This document shows, piece by piece, positions 24,721 through 39,700 of a DNA stretch of 64,000 nucleotides. The notes under the pieces are model-generated. The model was not told where the DNA came from and did not search any database. It saw only the letters and a program-made list of their open reading frames with translations. This stretch comes from Macrostomum hystrix (Eukaryota > Animalia > Platyhelminthes): positions 8,184,001-8,248,000 of the forward strand of contig CATNEN010000029.1 of assembly GCA_950097015.1 (NCBI GenBank), in the 5' to 3' direction. Position numbers and translations under genes: made by a program. Every line of letters begins with the position of its first letter. The stretch's first letter is position 1.

Positions 24721-27700
24721 ATGGGGCCTATCGGTAAGAAACTTCTTCGAAGTTATATATAAGTACAAATATTTCAGCGACTGACCTGTCATAAAGCATA
24801 TGGCATGTGATCTAAAAACCGGTTGAAATGGGCAGCGATGCTGAAAGATCTGATTTGAAGGCGAGAATCATCAGAAACATTTCAGTTGAATACGAGAATG
24901 GCAGAAAGATCTGATTTGAAGGCGAGAATCATCAGAAACATTTCAGTTGAATACGAGAATGGCAGAAAGATCTGATTTGAAGGCGAGAATCATCAGAAGC
25001 ATATCAGTTGAATACGAGAATGGCAGAAAGATCTGATTTGAAGGCGAGAATCATCAGAAGCATATCAGTTGAATACGAGAATGGCAGAAAGATCTGATTT
25101 GAAGGCGAGAATCATCAGAAACATATCAGTTAAATACGAGAATGGCAGAAAGATCTGATTTGAAGGCGAGAATCATCAGAAGCATATCAGTTGAATACGA
25201 GAATGGCAGAAAGATCTGATTTGAAGGCGAGAATCATCAGAAGCATATCAGTTGAATACGAGAATGGCAGAAAGATCTGATTTGAAGGCGAGAACTGTAT
25301 TAGGTCTGAATCGAAGGCGAAAGTTGCGGGTTGAACGCAAATGGTGGACAAAAGTGGGACTTGATAAAAAAAACGCATATACTCAATTTACCTGCCCAAA
25401 GTTTGAGTTTATTTCTTCTTTGCAGCAGTGGCCGCCACCTACTTCATCTTGGCTGTGTTGCAACTCGCCAACTGTCAAATACCGGAGCCATTCTGCTCAT
25501 GTGTGCCGCTAACCACCAAGTATTTCTTCACGACTCCACCAACGACAACAACTGGCACCACTACAACACAGACAAGCACTACACCGACAACTACAAGTAC
25601 TCCAAGTACAACAACTACTGTTCAAACGACGACCACCAAGAGTGAGTGTATTGCTGACAACTTATTCGAACTGTTCTGTTCTGAATGCTAAACATTGAAG
25701 TTTTAATGAAAGGATTTGACTTACATAAAGCTTATACTACATTAAGTATATTATTTGAAAAGCAGCCTAAAAGCCTAAATTTCCAGTCTGTAATATCGTG
25801 GATGGCATGCTAGACAAGACCTACATAACAGACTCAGCCATTTCCGGCGCCAGAATCGGCCCAGCGGGGGAATTCCGCATTATCAAAGGCCAGCAAATGG
25901 TTGTTAACTATATGGCTGATAACAACTGTCTCTCGGGCACGGGTGTGTACACTATTCGGCTCTGCATCGGCGGCAATATTCGATCGGCAATTGTATCATA
26001 CAGATCCGGAGACCAAGGCAGATTCGTTCCTTTGGAGGGCTCAGCTGGCAAGATGGTGGACACGTCTGGGTCCAAGTTATGCTACGATATTGGCTTTGCT
26101 GTGATGGCAGTCGCATTTCAGCCAGAGACTCTCAAGCCCAGCTCAAGTACCGATGCCGAGTACCAGGCCTACGTCAGTATTGAAGGCTGTTTTACTCCCG
26201 TGAGGAATACCTGCACATCGACCACAAGCTCTACAACAACTACTTCTACAACGCCAACTACATCCACAACGTCTAGCACAACTAGCTCGTCTACAGCTTC
26301 AACTAGCACAACTACAACACCGACTACGCCTACTACAAGCACCAGTACAACTACTGCTACTACAACAACTACAACAGGGCCATCAACTACTACATGTACG
26401 TTTTGGCTAGCTTTCGCCAAATATTCATTCATCTTGAGTATTTGGTTCATTTGGGGTTTGTTACACACCTAATCCTTGAGCTACATTATTCAGCCTTTAT
26501 TCTCCGCTTGCCTTCTGGTAGAAAGCGCTCTTAGTCTGCAGTTTGACTTCACCCTTCATTTCAGCTTGTCTCGTCGTGAACGGGATGTCCGACTTCAACT
26601 ATATCCCCCTAACAGCGGTGAAATCAGCCCTGTGGGGTCCATTCACTGGCTGGAGTGTTGAAAAGAGCGCTGTTATGCAGATCGACCTGGTTTTGGGAAC
26701 CTGCCGCTCTCCTATTCTGGTTCAAAAGGTAAAGAAAATTTGAATTAAACGATTATGATCAATACATTAACAAATAATCATAACCAAAACATGTACTTTT
26801 GTAGCTATGTTTGAGCGGAAACGTGAAGCAAGCTCACATTCTGTATCGGTCAGTTTCTACTGCGCTGTTCTCTGAGCTGGCCTCCTCGCTAGATGTGGTA
26901 TCTGACACATTGGATCTCTGCTATAGCATCAGCACTATCGTGGCCCAGTTCGCCATTTTCCCGGTGCAGCTGAAGCCAAGCTTTTCAGGAGACGCACAGT
27001 ACAACTTTTTCGTCTCAATCGATGCCTGTTTCACGCCTCTACCACCGGTGTGCTTAACAACCAGCACGACCTCTACTACGACTACTTCGCCAACGACCTC
27101 TACATCAAGTACACGAACGACGACAGCAACAACTGCTGCAACATCTACTACGCCAACAACTACCACGCCAATCACTTCAACGACACCAACTACTAGTACA
27201 ACAACAACTTCGACTTCAACAACACTAACCACTGCAGCGACTACGACACATTTACCAACATCAAGCACTTCTACAACGACGCCAACTACAACTATTAGCA
27301 CAGCGACTTCCGTGCCAATAACTACAACTACGACAAGATCTACGCCTACTACTAGTACATCAACTTCTACTACGACAACGCCCACTACTACAGCAACTAC
27401 AACGACTGTTGTACCTACTGGTAAGAAAATAAAATTTAAAAGTAGAAAGACCACTCAGCCCATATTGTAAGTATTGTCAACACGCTCGGTTTTTTCTGCA
27501 TCTCTTAAAATATTCAAACAATCGCCATGAAAATCCACATCAATGTTAAGCTTTTCCTCATTTTCTGATTAAACATCTTTCAGCATCCCGACTTGCAATG
27601 GTTCTCGTCGGGTTGTCTAGTGGCAAGAACCACCAATATAGGCTTACAAAATTTCATTATGCTACCAGTTCCACTATTAATATTTCTTATACTGTAGTGA

Positions 27701-30700
27701 TTACATAGTTCATCGTAAAGGGCGGAAAAGTTTGATCCATGTGCGGGGGAGTTTCGCGAAAATTGGTCGTTCGGTTTGGGATCTAAAATGCCCCAAAATG
27801 CCCCTGTAGTCTTCCCCGGGGGAAAAATAGCAATTTTCTTTCTACTGTTAATGCATTTTTCTTACAGTGGATTAAAAGTAGGCATGGCAGACAGGTGCAA
27901 AATAATAAACTAGGTTGTAATTCATTTTTTCCGAGAACCATTACTCGCATGTTTTATAATTAAATATATCTCGGTTTTTTAACTAGCAGTCAAAACAGAT
28001 GGACTAATTATAAGTGGCTTAAAATATATTTTTAATTTCAGTCTGCTCTTCGTTTAACGGCTTGTCAAGCAACTCCTACCTGCCAGGATTCGCCATAGCT
28101 GGAGCTGTTGTGGACCCGGTAACCGGGTATAACATGCCGAGAGTCGCTACCAACTCATTGGATATCGATCTGACAGTATTTGGCTGTCGCAGTCACACTG
28201 TATACATTGAAGAGGTAACTGGTGAGGCAAGATGCCACAAAATGTCACAAAAAATATTTTATACAGTTTCTGCTACTTTTGATACTATTCTTTTTTATCG
28301 GAACTCCATAACTTCAACCCCGACTGCAGGTGTGTCTATTGGGCAATGTGAAGCAAGCCAGCCTGCAACTGAAGCGCAGCATGAGTGGTATTTACGAATT
28401 GTCCAGTTTGTCCAGCACAATTGTTGGCGATCTACCCTCAAACAGCCTGTGCTACATAATTCAACAAAACCTAACAGCCATTAGGATTACGCCAAGCTTT
28501 ATAAAGTCATACGATAGCGCATCGGCCAATTATAAGTTCTTTTTGACAGTTGTAGGCTGCTTTGATACCCTATCCACCTGCTTACCACCGACCACAACTT
28601 CGAAATCTACAACAACATCAACTACGACTACAAAGCCTACTACTAGTACTACTACGACAGCGCTAACTACCACAAGCACTACTACCAGCACTACGAGTAG
28701 CACGACAGCGTCAACAACTACCACAACGACGCCGACTACTACAACGACATCAACTAAAACAACCCCAACAACGACTACAACAAGCGCGCCGATAACTACC
28801 ACAGGTAAACGTGAGCTGCAAGAAGATCACCTGACATTTAATAGTAGCTCGTATAAATATCGTGATAATTTTTACTGTTTAAGTTATGCAATAGTTGGAA
28901 ACCAATGCACCAATTTGTAGAAAAAAACGACAGCCAGTTCATAAATCACGAACTCATACTTAAAGTATTTTTTCTGTCCATTGCAGCCTGTCCCGTGGTT
29001 GACGGCATTCAGAATCCGCTAATCATTCCTAACTTGGATATTGCGTTTGGCGGCAGGCGGGACCCACTCACTGGCGCCTTCAGCATGCAGCCCGGCCAGC
29101 TAATGGTGATCGACATTTCGGCCAGAGGCTGCCGCTCAGCTTCGTATATCTCCCAGGTGAGTTCAATATATTTATAATATATCAGTTAATAATATACGAA
29201 TGATGCCGTGATAACTGACGACTTGTTTTAAATCTGACCCGCTTTTTAATATTTTTTTTTCTACTAGGTGTGCTTAGCTGGCAATGTTCGCACGGCGTAC
29301 GTCCTGGTCAAGGAGGACCCGTTTATCTTGGCTCGCCTCATTGACGAGTCTTTTACAAAGGTGGCCAGCAGTAGTGAAATTTTGTGCATCAATATCAGCC
29401 GATTCGGACTTGAAGTTCAGATCTCGCCCCAGTCATTTAAAGGCGCAAGTGATAGCACCTACCTGATGTACATTATGTTATACGGCTGCTTTAAAGAACT
29501 GCCATCCTCGTGTTTAACTACAACTTCGACAACAACAACTTCCACGACAACTCCCACCACTATGACGACAACCACGCCTACAACTTCAACTTCAACTTCT
29601 ACAACAGCGACCACTACACCAACGACTACTACCACGACTACTCCGACGACTACCCTAACAACTTCGACTACTGCAACAACTACAACGCCTAGTACTACGA
29701 CCACGACCTCTACAACTACAACACCAACTACTTCTACGTCTACTATTACGACACCAACTACTACAGCTACTACTACTGTTACTACTACGACACCTTCAAC
29801 TACGTGTACGATGATGATGATACACCTCACACATTCTCTAATACTCAATGAAAAATATTAAAATTTCTATATAAAATTTTATAACTAAATTTGCAGATTG
29901 CCCGATAGTGGATGGCCTGTCAAGTCAGGTATTCATTCCAAGCATGGATATCACCGGAGTGGCAATAAATGGAGCCGGTGCCTTCACCCTGTCACCCGGA
30001 GGAGCTATTCAGATTGACATCTCAGCACGAAGGTGCCGTTCAGCTGTTCGCATATTTAATGTCTGCTTGGGGGGCAATGTGGCAACAATGTCCTTGTTAA
30101 TTCAGGCCAGTGTAATCGAAAGGTACGTTGTGACTCCAATCACCGCAGTTTCAAAGTCTCCTGGGGTTTTTTGCTTCGATATCAATCGTGACATCACTGG
30201 GCTTCAAGTATCTCCTCTGACGTCGATAACCTCTGGAAGTGGCGAGTTTGTGTTCTATATGAACATGTACGGCTGCTTTACACCGCTTAATCCGGCTTGT
30301 CTGACTACTAGTAGCACTACGAGCACTACCACAACACCGTCAACTACTACGACTTCAACCACTACTGCTACCACTACTCCAACGCCCACAACAACAAGTA
30401 CAACAACTACAACCTCAACAACTACAACGCCGACAACTTCAACGACTACAACAACGCCAACTACTTCAACCACAACGACAGCACCATCAACAACCACATC
30501 AACTACCACAACAACCCCAACAACTACAACAACAACCCCCACGACAACATCGATGGCTACAACAACAACACCGACAACAATTACAACTTCGAGTACTATG
30601 ACAACAACGACATCGACGACGACAACTCCCGTGCCTACCATCTGTCCCAAAGTGAATGGGATCTCTGACGTGCGATACATTCCGGATTGGGCTATCGTTG

Positions 30701-33700
30701 GTGGAACAGAAAGGCTGGGCCAATATAATGTTCCATTTCCTCTCGGAAATTTGACGATTGATTTAACAGCTGGTGGCTGCCGCACCGATCCAACATACCT
30801 CATGCAGCTCTGCTTAGTAGGAAATGTTGCTAGGACATTGGTTTATGCTCGCGGATCTTACTCAAGCAATATATACTCCATTGTATTTGAATCAGAGCGC
30901 ACATCCGTTTCCTCGTCCGCCACACCACTTTGTATTCCACTTGGTGGTGGCATTACCGGTCTAGTAATTGTTCCAGTGGCGCTTCAGAACTCCACTTTAA
31001 CAGATACATCTTATCGCTTTTATCTGTCAATTGACGGTTGCTTTGTTTATCTCCCAAGCAATTGTTTAACCCAGCCGACCACGAGGACTACAGAGGCAAC
31101 AAGCACTACAACAACCTCGACAACTACATCAACAACAAGAACTACTTCAACGACTACAACACCTACGACCACATCGACGGCAAGTACTTCAACGTCAACA
31201 ACTGGAAGCTGCATAGTTAATGGTCTAACAAGCGGCAATTACATCCCGGCGTTCGCCATCGCAGCGCCAGGTTATAGCCCTCTGTCTGGTTTCAGTGTTC
31301 CGAGGACATCTACGAACGGTGTTTTCGTTGACCTGTCTGTTTATGGCTGTCGCTCTTCAATTTTTGTTTACAAGGTTCGTGCATCTCCGCGAAACGTATT
31401 ACTCGCACACCTCGTATAATTCAACCCACCATCGCGATAAAATACTGCTACTCATTACTTTATTTTGTTGTCTTCCATAAATATATATGTTTAATTTTTT
31501 AGATTTGCTTACTCGGTGGAAATGTACGCCGAGCGACACTGATGATCCGACAGAGTGCACTAAACTCATGGGAACCATACGCGTCACTTAGCAGCGACAC
31601 TCTTGCTCCGATATGCTACAGTCCGCCTTTGCCGATTACCGAGCTGCACGTGTTGCCACAGGAGTTTAAATCGGGTACTACTGATACCACAGCCTACATG
31701 TTCTTCATGACCATTGAAGCCTGTTTTAATGTCCTGCCAGCCGTATGCCTAACACCGCCAACGACTACCACAACAACAACAACAACACCAACAACTACCA
31801 CTGTAACGACATCAACGCCGATGAATACACAGAGTACTTCCACCACTAGTACAACCACTTCAACAACAAGGACATCAACTACTACGCCAACGACTACAGC
31901 ATCCTGTTTAGTCAATGGACTATCTGACGAACGGTATTTGCCGCGTTCCGCACTATCTGGGGCAAACAACACGGAGTCAGGCTACACGATGTCCACGGAT
32001 GGCTTCAGTGCGCTCACTATTGATTTGTCTGTGACGGGTTGCCGAGCTCCTATCGCTGTGGACAGGGTGAGCTTTCAGGGTGATGGATGTTTAAGGTCCT
32101 GAACTTCACCCTCTTATGGATATAGTCTAGCTGGTATTTAATAGTCTTTCTTTCAAAAGAAAAAAGCTGGCGAAAAGTACGTTATCAATCTAAGAAAGCC
32201 GCAACGTTAACAGAGCTATCACACTTGCCGATCGATAGTAAAAGAATGAGTTAAAGAGAGCCTAATATGCTATAATAGCTTATTGGAGTTTCAATTAACG
32301 ATATTTCTTAAATGCGTCTCCTCTTAATCAGAAGAAGTATGGTTCCTGACAACCTACGTTTTATATTTCAAAATTATGGCTCGCACAGGTCTGTCTGATA
32401 GGCAACATTCAACAGTGCAGCGTGCAGTACCAGACAGTCTATGGAGGCCCTTACCTCGCCGACGCCAGTTCGCTGCTTTTGAGGGCAATCGGAATTGGCG
32501 ACGCGCTCTGTTTCACACCGCCACTAGGTGCCTTTATCACTGGCATTAGGTTGACACCGCTGCAGCTGAAGTCTGCCTACAGCAGTGATCCAGCGTACAG
32601 AACCTTCCTGTTGGTCTATGCCTGTTTTGGCTACTTGGACAGCGCGTGCTTCACCCCGCCGACTACCACCACCAGTACTACACCGACAACTACAACACCC
32701 ACTTCAACAAGCACTACGACTTCAACTACCACTACGACTACCACACCGACAACTACAACTCGAATGACGCGTGAGTTTGCCAGTGACGAAAAGTCACAGA
32801 TGCAAGTGATTGGCGGGGTTCTAGCAGATAATGGAGGAGAACGCAATGCTTGACCAAAAAAGCTTAATGTTTGGCTGAAAAAGGAGTATTTCAACTAAAA
32901 AATATTTATACTCGTAACTGTCTTATCCACTGAATGTGAAACTGTTACTCGTATTGCTTTTGTCGCGCTATGTGGAACAGTGGACATGCAAAACGGAACG
33001 GCCCATTGAATTCTATGGCCGAGCATTTGAATTCACATGAGAAAGTAAGCCATAGACAACTCAAATTGTCATGCTATGTGGAACGATGAGCCAGTATTAC
33101 TATGAACAATGACTATATTACTATTTACAGGCAATGCAAAGCTTCAAATCCTTTAGGTTCCATCTAAAAAGCATAATAATTTGTCGCAATCCCACTAACA
33201 GTGTGTCCTTCAGTAAATGGATTGTCCAGCACGGCGTTGATACCCGGATCTGCCATCACTGGCGCCGTTTTCCAGAGCGGCACCGGCTGGAAAATGCCAG
33301 CATCCGCGCCGGGAAGTCTCAGTGTTGACATCACCGCCGATGGCTGTCGACTGCCGTTAATCGTCGACCGGGCAAGTGCTAACCGTAGAAAAACCACGCT
33401 ATTTTTAGCCACAAATACCCACTGCCTACTTCAAAATAGCTCCCAAACCAAATGACCGATTTTTGTGAAAGTCCAACATCGAAATCAAAATTATCCGCAT
33501 CGTCGCGATTCTCAGCGATTCTTGTCGAACAACCTGGTGATAAGAACAAATAAAATAGCTCAGTATAAACATCTTTGGCGAATCCACATCGGTTCAAAAG
33601 TGTAAAGATTAACAATATAATAAGTACAAAAATATACAACAATAGTAGCCAATTTGATTACTTGTGTGAGCAGAATTTTGTGAGCAGAAAATTTTTTACC

Positions 33701-36700
33701 TATATTTGTGGTTTTTGCCACCAGATACCCTGACGACGTTGAATATCTCGACGATGCCGCGATGTTATGTGATTCTGGAAATTGTCTCATCGGATAGAGT
33801 GGAAACTTTTAGCCCATGTTCTGGATTTTCATTACGATTGGTTGCATATTTTAGGAGATAGAGAAAAAAATTGGGTATTTGAAATACGTACCCCCTACAG
33901 TCTTTCTACTTTCAAATAAATTACAGATTTTGTAATATGCATAACTGTTTCAAACTAGCAATACAATAACTAGTCCAACACTGGTAGCGAATTTTCGGCT
34001 CAAATTTGAGTTTTAATTATCCACTGGCCGTTAAAAAACGTAGATAGTTTTTTACAAAGACCGAAAGTGGGTGACTAAATTATTTTATACTCATGCAGTG
34101 ACAGTATGAACACCGCAAAACAGTACTGCTAGTGGTACAGCCGCAGCTATTGCACCGCGCTTGTGTAAAGTGTGTCATTCAACGGATGTTTTTACTTCGA
34201 ATACGGCAGACGACTGTTTTAGCGGCACTTTCACGTTTTTTGAAATGGGTACCATGCCCGCGTAGAAACAATGGTCAAATTTGAAATCGGGGTTGGTGAA
34301 TTGAATTCTAGCATCCTAGTGAATCGTTTGCCGAACTCGTATATCTGCTGTCATAATTTTTTCCTATAAGCTCCTAATTAGTGCGCAGCATCGGAAAATG
34401 GTTAGCGAACATTAAATAAGTTCTAGTACTTAATTTTGCTTCATTTTAGGTGTGCCTACTTGGCAATGTGAGAAGGGCCAATCTCTTCTACCGTAGGACT
34501 GCAACTTCAGCGACGGACATCTTCGCCGACTCCTTGAGCCTGGTGGCCGAAAATTTTCAGCTGTGCTACAACCTGGGCTTCTCAGTGGCATTGCTGCAGA
34601 TTAGTCCTGTTGAGCTGCTTAGTGCTTCTACTAGCTACGAATTCTACCTTAGTGTTTACGCCTGCTTCACTCCCATTAACTGTCCAACAACGTTGACAAC
34701 TACCACCACTACCACACCAACCACCAGCACCACAACAACATCAACACCCACAACTTCTTCCGCCACAAGCACCACATCGACAACGACCTCTACAACGAGT
34801 ACAAGTACAGCTACAACACCAACAACGACAACAACAACCACTCCCACTACTACTTCAACCACAACATCGAGAACGACTAGGACAACTCCGACTACGACCA
34901 TAACAACTCCCTGTGAGCCCTTATCATTTATTTAACTAATTTACGCCGCCCAGATGATGTTTATTTTTACAGATGTTTAAAGACGTATTGGATTTTCTCA
35001 TATCAAACAATCCATGGCAGGCAAATCGATTGGCTGGTTGTCGCAGACGGGGCAGCCAATGTACCACCTAAGTAACAAATCAAAGAGGGAATTGTTTTTT
35101 TTCATTCCAGCATGCTTCGTTGATGCTATGAGCCGCTCTGATTTGCTTCCATTGTGGACTATCACTGGCGTCGGCGCCACCTACCAGGAGTTCTCTGGCT
35201 TCTCGATTCCCACCAATGGAACGCCAGGGCTTCAGATTGATCTCACGGTCCTGGGTTGCCGGTCAGCAGCAATGATTGGCCAGGTAAATTAAACATTTTT
35301 CATTATTACATTCATTTTCGAGTTTTGGTGAGGATTGTATTGAACATTTTTTTCATTGCTTAGTTTGCAATCGAAATCTACGAGTAATTAGATTTAAGTG
35401 TAAAAGTAATGACTATAGCTCGTAATTGTTTTATCTCGTGCCTTTCATCGAAACCTTTGCTTATCATTTTTAGTACACTCTATCTAACTCGATTTATTAT
35501 CACTTTCACTTGCAGCTCTGCATCGCCGGGAATGTGCAACGCGCTGAAATTTTCATCAAAGAGTCAGTGAGTGGCAGCTACCTCCTGGACTTCAGAACTC
35601 CCGGAGTGACCTCTGCCAGCGGCGCTCCCCTTTGCTATCAACTCGATAGGATCGCCGCTGCGATTCTGATCGCTCCGAAAGAGCTTAAACCGGGAGTCGC
35701 TGGTTCATTCTATCAATTCTTCATCTCACTACAGGCCTGCATTACACCGCTTAGTGGTAGTTGCCTCATTGCGCCTACCAGTACAACAACTACCACTACA
35801 ACTACCCCGACAACTACAAGTACAACAACAACTACAACGCCAACAATGACTTCAGCTACAACACCTACAACTAGTGCTACTACGAGAACCACTACAAAAA
35901 CACTCACAACAACAATTGAAACAACAACCACCTGCCTCATCGATGGCTTCAGTCAGAATGCTTTCATTCCATCGTTCGCTGTGACTGGCGCGATCTACGA
36001 AACTTTCAGCGGCTTCATAATGAAGTTTGGTGCTTCAGGTGCGCTCACAGTCGACCTCACAGTGTACTCATGCAGATCGCCGATTTTCGTTGAACGGGTG
36101 AGCCTGCTAAAGGAGAAACTATTAAAAAGCTTGTTAATGCCGTGCACAATTTTGTAAAAAAAGCACACGAGATATGCTTGTAATGTGAGTTAGCTTTTGT
36201 CAAAACGATTTCTATACCAGATTCTATCTTAAGTACGAGCCGTAGCTAGGTTTTTGGTGGGAAAAATTATGAGCGACAAAGCGACCCACATAGATAGACT
36301 GGTGATACTTATTCTACTTATGTTTAGGTGTGCCTCTCTGGCAACGTGCGAGTTGCGAATATGTTCTACGCGGACAGTGTCACTTCTGAATTGCGACTCG
36401 ACATGAACTCGCAAATGTTCGAATCTGACAGCAGCAGCTCATTGTGTTACAGTCCGCGCAGATCAGTAGCGAGGTTTGCGGTGGTTCCACTATTGCTGAA
36501 GACCGCCTCTAGTGGAGACACCAACTATGCCTTTTTTGTTCGGGTTGACGCCTGCTTCACGCCACTTCCGAGCGCATGTCTGGTGCCACCCACGTCAACA
36601 ACTACTAGTACAACAACAACCCCCACTACCATCACTACAAGTACAACTTCGACGACCACAACGCCAACTACGACAACTTCGACGACCACTACTCCAACAA

Positions 36701-39700
36701 CTTCTACAACTACATCGACCAGTACCACACTAACCACTAGTATTCCTAGTACTAGCCCGAGTACAACTTCAACTAGCACGACTCCAACGACTAGTACCAC
36801 AACAACAACGCCAACTACGACTACTACAACTTCTACTACAACTACTACTCCAAGTACGACTACTACGACCAGCACAACTAGGCCAACAACAACAACAGCC
36901 ACTTCGACTAGTACTAGTACTACTACCACTCCTGTCCCAACAAGTACGGAAAATTTATGCCAATGTACTAAATTTTCGCTTTTTTAATCTTGTAATATTG
37001 TTAATAGCACACCGAAATTTGTTAAAGTAAATCTTGTAAATCTTGCGTACTTGTTGTCTCAAGCCAGAGCTGAATCAGACAATCAGCTGAGCACGAAAAT
37101 CTGTACACCCAAACCACTATCTACACAGGATGTCCATCCGTGAATCTTCTATCATCGACCGATTATCTTCCGACGTGGGCGATCTCAGGTGGAACCTATT
37201 CGCCCACCATCGGTTACAGCGTTACCAGAGGCCAGTTTCTCACGATCGACATCACGGCAAATAGTTGCCGCACGCCGAATTACGTTTTCTCTGTGAGTCT
37301 GGCAATCTATGAAATCTGTTATTTTCTCGATTAACGCATAGTTTTTGACACTGCGCAATAACATGCCCGCGTGAAAAACCATCACAGGTTTGCGTGATAG
37401 GAGGCAACGTCAAGCAGTCGGATCTATTCTACCGAACTTCATCAGCCGGTGGATTTTCTGTGCTCTCCGATTCCCAAGCATCCTCACTCGACTCCCCCGG
37501 CGTGCTATGCTACACTATCAACTTCAATGTTCACACATTTCTGATTGCTCCGAAAGAGCCTAAGTCAAGCGACCCTTCTGCCGCGGTGTATCAGTTCTAC
37601 TTATCCATTCAGGGCTGCTTCAATCCTCTCCCTATGTGCGTACCTCCTACTTCGTCGACTACTACAACTAGTACAACTACAACGCAGACTACAACAGGGA
37701 CAACCCCGACTACTACAACTGTAACTTCAACTTGTAAGCGCTTGTGATTGAAGCGAGAGTTTTTTACTACATATTGGTGCGAATTAAAGGATCAAGAGTG
37801 TAACTCATTCACATTATTCGAGATATTACTGTATTATGGTTGGAAAAAAACTAACAAAGATTTAAATGGATTTAAATTTCAGTCTGCCCAATGGTGAATG
37901 CGCTGTCGCGACTCGACTATCTGCCGATGCAGTTCATTTCGGGTCAAGATTCATTCAACGATGCCACTGGATTCAGAATCGGTGTGACTGGCGGGGGTCG
38001 ACTGTTTGTTGACTTGACCGCCGGCAACTGCAGGAGTGCTGTTTATGTTGACCGAGTGTGTACTTTTAGTTCCATTTTTAAAACGAATTCTCATGAACTA
38101 CTACTATCCTGATGCTGATACTTTTACTACTACTGACTCAATCGCTTTCAGATCTGCTTATCAGGCAACATCAAACAGGCCACAATACAGTACAGACAGA
38201 GTGGCCTGTTCCAGACACTCACGGCCTCCTTGTCTCTCGTAAGCGATATTCTGTCAGCGGATCTGTGCTACACTTTCGGCTTCCAGGTGGCTGAATTCAC
38301 TGTGCAACCCAGGTCGTTAAAATCTTTTTCTGCGTCGAGTTTGAGCTATCAGACATACCTGGAGATTATCGGCTGTTTTGTGCCAATCAATCCGGCCTGC
38401 ATCACTACTACTACGCCGACCACAACAACTAGCACGACCACCAGTACGACGCCGTCAACTACTACAACCACATCGACTACTACTACAACGCCTACAACCT
38501 CTACAACTAGTACAAGTACTGTCCCAACGACAACTTGTAAGTGTGCTTAGATCTCCTTCAGGCTAGATAAAGATGTCTATCTGAGATATACTTAAGGATT
38601 TTCGTTATAACAAAAACGCATAATTTTTAATGAAGGAAATGTTTCTAAACCAATTTATTGTCGAATTATCTGAACACAAAGCTGCATATTTCAGCCTGCC
38701 CGGAGGTCAACCTGATGACAAGCAGCGTCTACCTGCCCAGATTCGCCATCACGGGAGGCACCTACAGTGAAATTGTCGGCTACATTTTTCCCAGCGGAAC
38801 AGCTGACTCCCTGGTGATTGACATCTCCGTGCTCGGCTGCCGCAGCGCCGCCTACGTCACGAGGGTGAGCTTGTCAAGTTAGGCTTTGAATGTCACAGCA
38901 AGCTTGGCTGACGTTTTGCCTTATGCATGTATACTTTTTACGAGCTTAGTTTCGACCAAAAACGTTTATGTTTTCAGATTTGCGTGATGGGCAACATACG
39001 GCAGGCAACAATTACCTACAAAGTGTCCGCTGCCAGCGCAACTAGTACTTTGGCTTCGTCCGAGACTGCCATAATTTCAACCGCCAGCAGATACTGTTAT
39101 TCTGTGGGATTCAATGTTTACAGTGTGTCACTGATGCCCCGATCGATGCAGCTGCCCGCAATAGCCAACTATCAGTTTTACCTTGAACTTTATGCCTGCA
39201 CAAGCCCATTGCCACCGGCATGTCAGGTACTGAGCACAAGCACGACTTCAACATCTACTACTCCAAGTACTGCAACTTCGACAATGCGAAAGTCGACAAC
39301 TACTTCAACGACTCCAACTTCAACAACAAGTTCAATGACTTCTTCGACAACGCCGACAACAACTTCCAGTACCACTACCACAATCTCTACAACACCGACG
39401 TCTACCACGACATCAACGACCACTACAAAACCCACTACTATAGCGAGCACCCAGTCAACAACAACAACAAGTAGCACTACAGCGCCAACGTCCACTTCCA
39501 GTACCACTACAACTACATCCACAATAACAAGTACACCAGCGACGACAAGCACAACAACAACTACTACTACACCCACAACTACAACTACAACACCTACAAC
39601 AACTAGTACTACACCGACAACATCAACTACTACGAGTACTACTACGAGCACAACTCCTACAACTACGTCAACTACAACAACGCCTACAACAATAACTACG

